From Nitrospinaceae bacterium (lineage in GTDB: Bacteria; Nitrospinota; Nitrospinia; Nitrospinales; VA-1), in assembly GCA_046754465.1 (NCBI GenBank), contig JBHHVU010000009.1, positions 17,735 to 81,734 on the forward strand: a stretch of DNA of 64,000 nt, given 5' to 3'. Each line of letters opens with the position of its first letter. Position 1 is the first letter of the stretch. Below are positions 59,450 to 64,000 of the stretch, one piece after another. The translations under genes were made by a program, and so were the position numbers. The notes beneath the pieces are model-generated. The model was not told the DNA's origin. It did not search any database and was given only the letters and a program-made list of their open reading frames with translations.

Positions 59450-60736
59450 ATGATGAGAATCTCGGGAAAAATGCGCGGCCTTCTGCTGTTATCGATCCTG
59501 GCGGCCCTTGGTATCTGGCTTGTCCGCGGGGGACCCGAATATCCTTTCGTCAAAGGATTGTTCGGCGAACGGAACCAAAAATTGAAAGTGGAGGACTTCC
59601 ATTTCGAACCGGTCACCCGCCGGGACGTTCATCAGAAGGTTCTGGCGACGGGGACGGTGAGCCTGAAAACCGGGGCGGAAGTAAAGATCGGCACGAGAAT
59701 TTCGGGTCAGTTGGAAAAACTGGGAGTCCGGATAGGCGACTCCGTGGAGAAGGGAGACCTGATCGCCGTCATCGAACACCAGGACCTCCTCTCCCGGGTG
59801 GCGAAATTCAAGGCCGACCTAAGATCGGAAGAGGTCCGGTTGATGAAGATTCAACAAGAGAGCCCTCTCGAAATCAACAAGGCCCGGGCGGAACTGGAGG
59901 AACTGGAAGTGCAGTTGCGCCTGGCAAAAAAGAATCTGCAACGCAATCTCGAATTGAACAAGCAGGGCTTCATCTCCGCCACGGCGATCGATGAAGCGGA
60001 AAAAGAAGAAGCGGTGCTGCAGGCAAAACTCAAGCTGGCCCTGGAACAATTGAAACTGTTGGAAATGAAGTTGCAAAATGATATCCAGCTCGCGGAAACC
60101 ATCGTCGAAAAAGCCCGGGCCAACCTCAAGGAGGAAGAGATCCTATTATCCTACGCGAAAATCACCGCCCCCATTGACGGCGTGGTCGCCTTTATTTCGA
60201 CCCAGGAAGGCGAAACAGTGGTGGCAAGCCTGAGCGCCCCCACTTTCGTGACGCTCATCGACCTCGACCAACTGGAGACAACCGTTTTCGTGGATGAGAC
60301 GGATATCGGCCGGGTGAAAACCGGTCAAACGGCGGTATTCACAGTGGACGCCTACGCGGACAAATTTTTCAAGGGGGTCGTCCGCGAAATTCATCCCAAG
60401 GCTGTCATCAAGGACAACGTGGTCAATTACGAAGTCATCCTGGAAATCGATCCGGCCCATATCGGCCTCCTGCGTCCGGAAATGACGGCCAATGTGGTGA
60501 TCACCACTGGCACGCGGCCCCTGGTTCTCACCATTCCCAGGGAAGCCGTCAACCGGCTGGGAAAAAAGTCCTTCGTGATCCTCAAGGAAAATGGGGTCCT
60601 GATCGAAAAACCGATTGCAACCGGTTGGCGGGAGGATAAATATATAGAAGTGGTTTCCGGACTGAACGAGGGCGACGAGGTGGGACTCCGCAACAAACCC
60701 AAAATAAAACGGCGCGGCAGGAGACCCCGGGGATAA
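59450..60736 (+). CDS. MacA-type periplasmic adaptor
   Basis: N-terminal TM, ATGTV, coiled coil, ITAPIDG, VDETDI, LRPEMTA. Confidence 0.9.
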   Translation: MMRISGKMRGLLLLSILAALGIWLVRGGPEYPFVKGLFGERNQKLKVEDFHFEPVTRRDVHQKVLATGTVSLKTGAEVKIGTRISGQLEKLGVRIGDSVEKGDLIAVIEHQDLLSRVAKFKADLRSEEVRLMKIQQESPLEINKARAELEELEVQLRLAKKNLQRNLELNKQGFISATAIDEAEKEEAVLQAKLKLALEQLKLLEMKLQNDIQLAETIVEKARANLKEEEILLSYAKITAPIDGVVAFISTQEGETVVASLSAPTFVTLIDLDQLETTVFVDETDIGRVKTGQTAVFTVDAYADKFFKGVVREIHPKAVIKDNVVNYEVILEIDPAHIGLLRPEMTANVVITTGTRPLVLTIPREAVNRLGKKSFVILKENGVLIEKPIATGWREDKYIEVVSGLNEGDEVGLRNKPKIKRRGRRPRG

Positions 60737-61464
60737 TGAGCCTCATCGAAATGCATTCCATTTGCAAGACTTTCAAGAACGCCGACTTTGAAACCCAGGT
60801 CCTGAAAGACATCACACTCAATATCGGCGAGGGAGAATATGTCAGCATCATCGGTCCGTCCGGGGCCGGGAAGAGCACCTTGATGACGATCATGGGCTGC
60901 CTGGCGTTGCCCACGAGCGGAAGGTATTTTCTGGATGGCGAAGAAGTGGAAAAGGTCAACGACCGGGAGCTCTCACGCATTCGCAACGAGAAAATTGGGT
61001 TCGTGTTCCAGGCGTTCCATCTATTACCGGGGGTCACCGCGGCCGACAACGTGATGATGCCCCTCATGTATTGCCGCGAGGTACCCCGGGACGCGGAACA
61101 ACGGGCCAGGGAGGCGTTGACCCGGGTGGGGCTGGAGAACCGGATGCATCATACCACCGGCCAGCTTTCCGGAGGGGAACAACAGCGCGTGACTCTGGCC
61201 CGGGCTCTTATCAACAATCCGAAAATTATATTGGCGGATGAGCCCACGGGAAACCTCGACTCCAAAAACGGGGCGGAAATCATGAAAACGTTGGACCAGT
61301 TGAACGCCGGCGGCCGAACGATCGTTTTGATCACCCACGAGATGGAGGTGGCGCGGCACGCCCGCCGGATCATTTCCCTTCGGGACGGACAGATTCAGTC
61401 GGACCAGTCCTATGAGAATTTTCAGAAACTTGAAACAGGCCCTGCTGGGGCTTCGGCTCCATAA
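60736..61464 (+). CDS. MacB/LolD-type ABC ATPase
   Basis: GPSGAGKST, LSGGEQQR, ADEPTGNLD. Confidence 0.93.
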   Translation: MSLIEMHSICKTFKNADFETQVLKDITLNIGEGEYVSIIGPSGAGKSTLMTIMGCLALPTSGRYFLDGEEVEKVNDRELSRIRNEKIGFVFQAFHLLPGVTAADNVMMPLMYCREVPRDAEQRAREALTRVGLENRMHHTTGQLSGGEQQRVTLARALINNPKIILADEPTGNLDSKNGAEIMKTLDQLNAGGRTIVLITHEMEVARHARRIISLRDGQIQSDQSYENFQKLETGPAGASAP

Positions 61465-62620
61465 GGGTAACACCCTATTGATGACCTTGGGGATCGTTAT
61501 CGGAATTGCTTCCCTGACGGTGATCGTTGCCATCGGCCAGGGGGCCAAGGCGAAAGTGCTCAACCGCATCACCAGCCTGGGATTCGGTCCGGAATCGTTT
61601 TCCGTTTACGCGGGGCCGGGAAGGTTATTTTTCGGCCGGTCCGGCGTCACCACCAGCATGACCCTGGAAGACGCCGAGGATATCGCCGCCCTGCCGACGG
61701 TCCGGCTGGCCATCCCCCGGCAAAGAGCAAGGATGCGGGTCATTTACAAAAACGAGTTCACCAATACGCGGATTTATGGGGTCACCCCGGACTGGCAAAT
61801 CGCCCGGTCCTGGGCTCTGGCCGACGGGGTTTTCTTCAACGAAAACGACATGACCTGGAAACGAAAGGTCATCGTTCTTGGCGCCACGCCGGCCAGAAAG
61901 CTATTTGAGAACCAAGACCCACTGGGAAAATCGATTCGGGTGGGCCAAGTCTATTTCGAGGTCATTGGCCTGCTCGAGGAAAAAGGGCTCACCGAGAGCG
62001 GATACGATCCTGATGACCGGGCATTGATCCCGCTCACCACCAGCATCTCCCGGTTGCAAAACAAGACCTACCTTCACAGTGTCAAGGTCATGGCCATGAG
62101 CCCGGCGGTGGTCCGGGAGACCATGGCCTCGGTCCGGCAAATTCTCAGAAGAAACCACAACCTCTCCTCATTGGCGGAGGATGATTTCCGGTTCGTGACG
62201 CCCGAGGGCATCATGGAGTGGGTCACGGAATCAGAACAGGCCCTGAACCGCATGCTGATCCTCATCTCCACCGTTTCTCTTCTGGTGGGGGGAATCGTTA
62301 TTATGAATATTCTTCTGGTTTCCATTCGGGAACGGATTCATGAGATCGGAATCCGCCGCTGTTTTGGAGCCCGCCGTTCGGATATCACCCAGCAGTTTTT
62401 GTTTGAATCCGTTTTCGTGGCTCTTTTGGGCGGAATTCTGGGAACGGCGCTGGGGTTTTCCATTTCCACGGGCCTGGCGCGGCTGGATATCATTCCCGCG
62501 AAAGTCACCTGGGAGCCCTTCGCCCTGGCGTTCCTCTTTTCTTCCATCATCGGGCTAATATTCGGAATACAACCAGCCAGAAAAGCCGCATCGCTGAATC
62601 CGGAAGAAACGCTCCGATAG
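61412..62620 (+). CDS. MacB-type ABC permease 1
   Basis: LGIVIGIA, GGIVIMNI, ERIHEIGIR, QFLFES. Confidence 0.92.
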   Translation: MRIFRNLKQALLGLRLHKGNTLLMTLGIVIGIASLTVIVAIGQGAKAKVLNRITSLGFGPESFSVYAGPGRLFFGRSGVTTSMTLEDAEDIAALPTVRLAIPRQRARMRVIYKNEFTNTRIYGVTPDWQIARSWALADGVFFNENDMTWKRKVIVLGATPARKLFENQDPLGKSIRVGQVYFEVIGLLEEKGLTESGYDPDDRALIPLTTSISRLQNKTYLHSVKVMAMSPAVVRETMASVRQILRRNHNLSSLAEDDFRFVTPEGIMEWVTESEQALNRMLILISTVSLLVGGIVIMNILLVSIRERIHEIGIRRCFGARRSDITQQFLFESVFVALLGGILGTALGFSISTGLARLDIIPAKVTWEPFALAFLFSSIIGLIFGIQPARKAASLNPEETLR

Positions 62621-62645
62621 GCGTTGGCGTGCGGGAAGGACCGCG

Positions 62646-63866
<1,221 letters not shown>

Positions 63867-63900
63867 TCCTCCAAGCGGGCAGTGGACAGGTCAAGACAAC

Positions 63901-63936
63901 GCGGGCTGGAAATCCTCCGGCCATCCCGCAAGTTTT
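63901..63936 (+). terminator. Possible intrinsic terminator of the MacAB-type operon
   Basis: GCGGGCTGG...CCATCCCGC stem with one mismatch, followed by AAGTTTT. Confidence 0.4.
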
Positions 63937-63946
63937 CCCGGGCGGA

Positions 63947-64000
63947 ATCGGGTAGGAGGCGGAGTTACCCCCACCGTCCTCCCACACCACCGGGCATACG
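63947..64000 (-). mobile_element. Group II intron (class IIC-like), 3' end: 3' half of domain V and all of domain VI
   Basis: Minus strand reads CGTATGCCCGGTGGTGTGGGAGGACGGTGGGGGTAACTCCGCCTCCTACCCGAT, with a DVI stem, GTAA tetraloop, bulged branch A and terminal AY. Confidence 0.88.

Overview
Bacterial chromosome segment, mostly housekeeping and respiratory genes with several unusual accessory proteins. Gene content would fit a Nitrospinota-like chemolithotroph, but that is unverified inference. The left end holds a minus-strand complex I operon nuoA-M (nuoM cut by the window edge) under a consensus sigma70 promoter; a solitary nuoN lies about 15.5 kb away on the other strand. The middle has a DUF4159-like / vWA-GATase-like / 2TM-PLD-like trio, a PhnW-like aminotransferase, an ~2670-aa exported TolB-propeller/TPR protein with a degenerate and an intact CHAT protease domain, dtd, a tandem TerB protein, an FG-GAP lipoprotein, a lipoate ligase, a c-heme FGE/SUMF1 protein, a PLA2-like lipoprotein with HD changed to HQ, a 2-GAF histidine kinase and thpR-recA-recX-pilD. 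The most striking element is a three-gene operon at 48665-54575 (minus strand). It encodes a flavoprotein with two cNMP domains and four Fe-S clusters, a His-rich membrane protein, and an FHA-TM-decaheme cytochrome with a WD40 propeller inserted between hemes 7 and 8. Together these look like a signal-gated transmembrane electron conduit. The right end has purA, cstA, an Nfu-type protein, a MacAB-type exporter with two permeases, and the 3' end of a group IIC intron at the window edge. All calls come from motif reading by eye; no searches were run.
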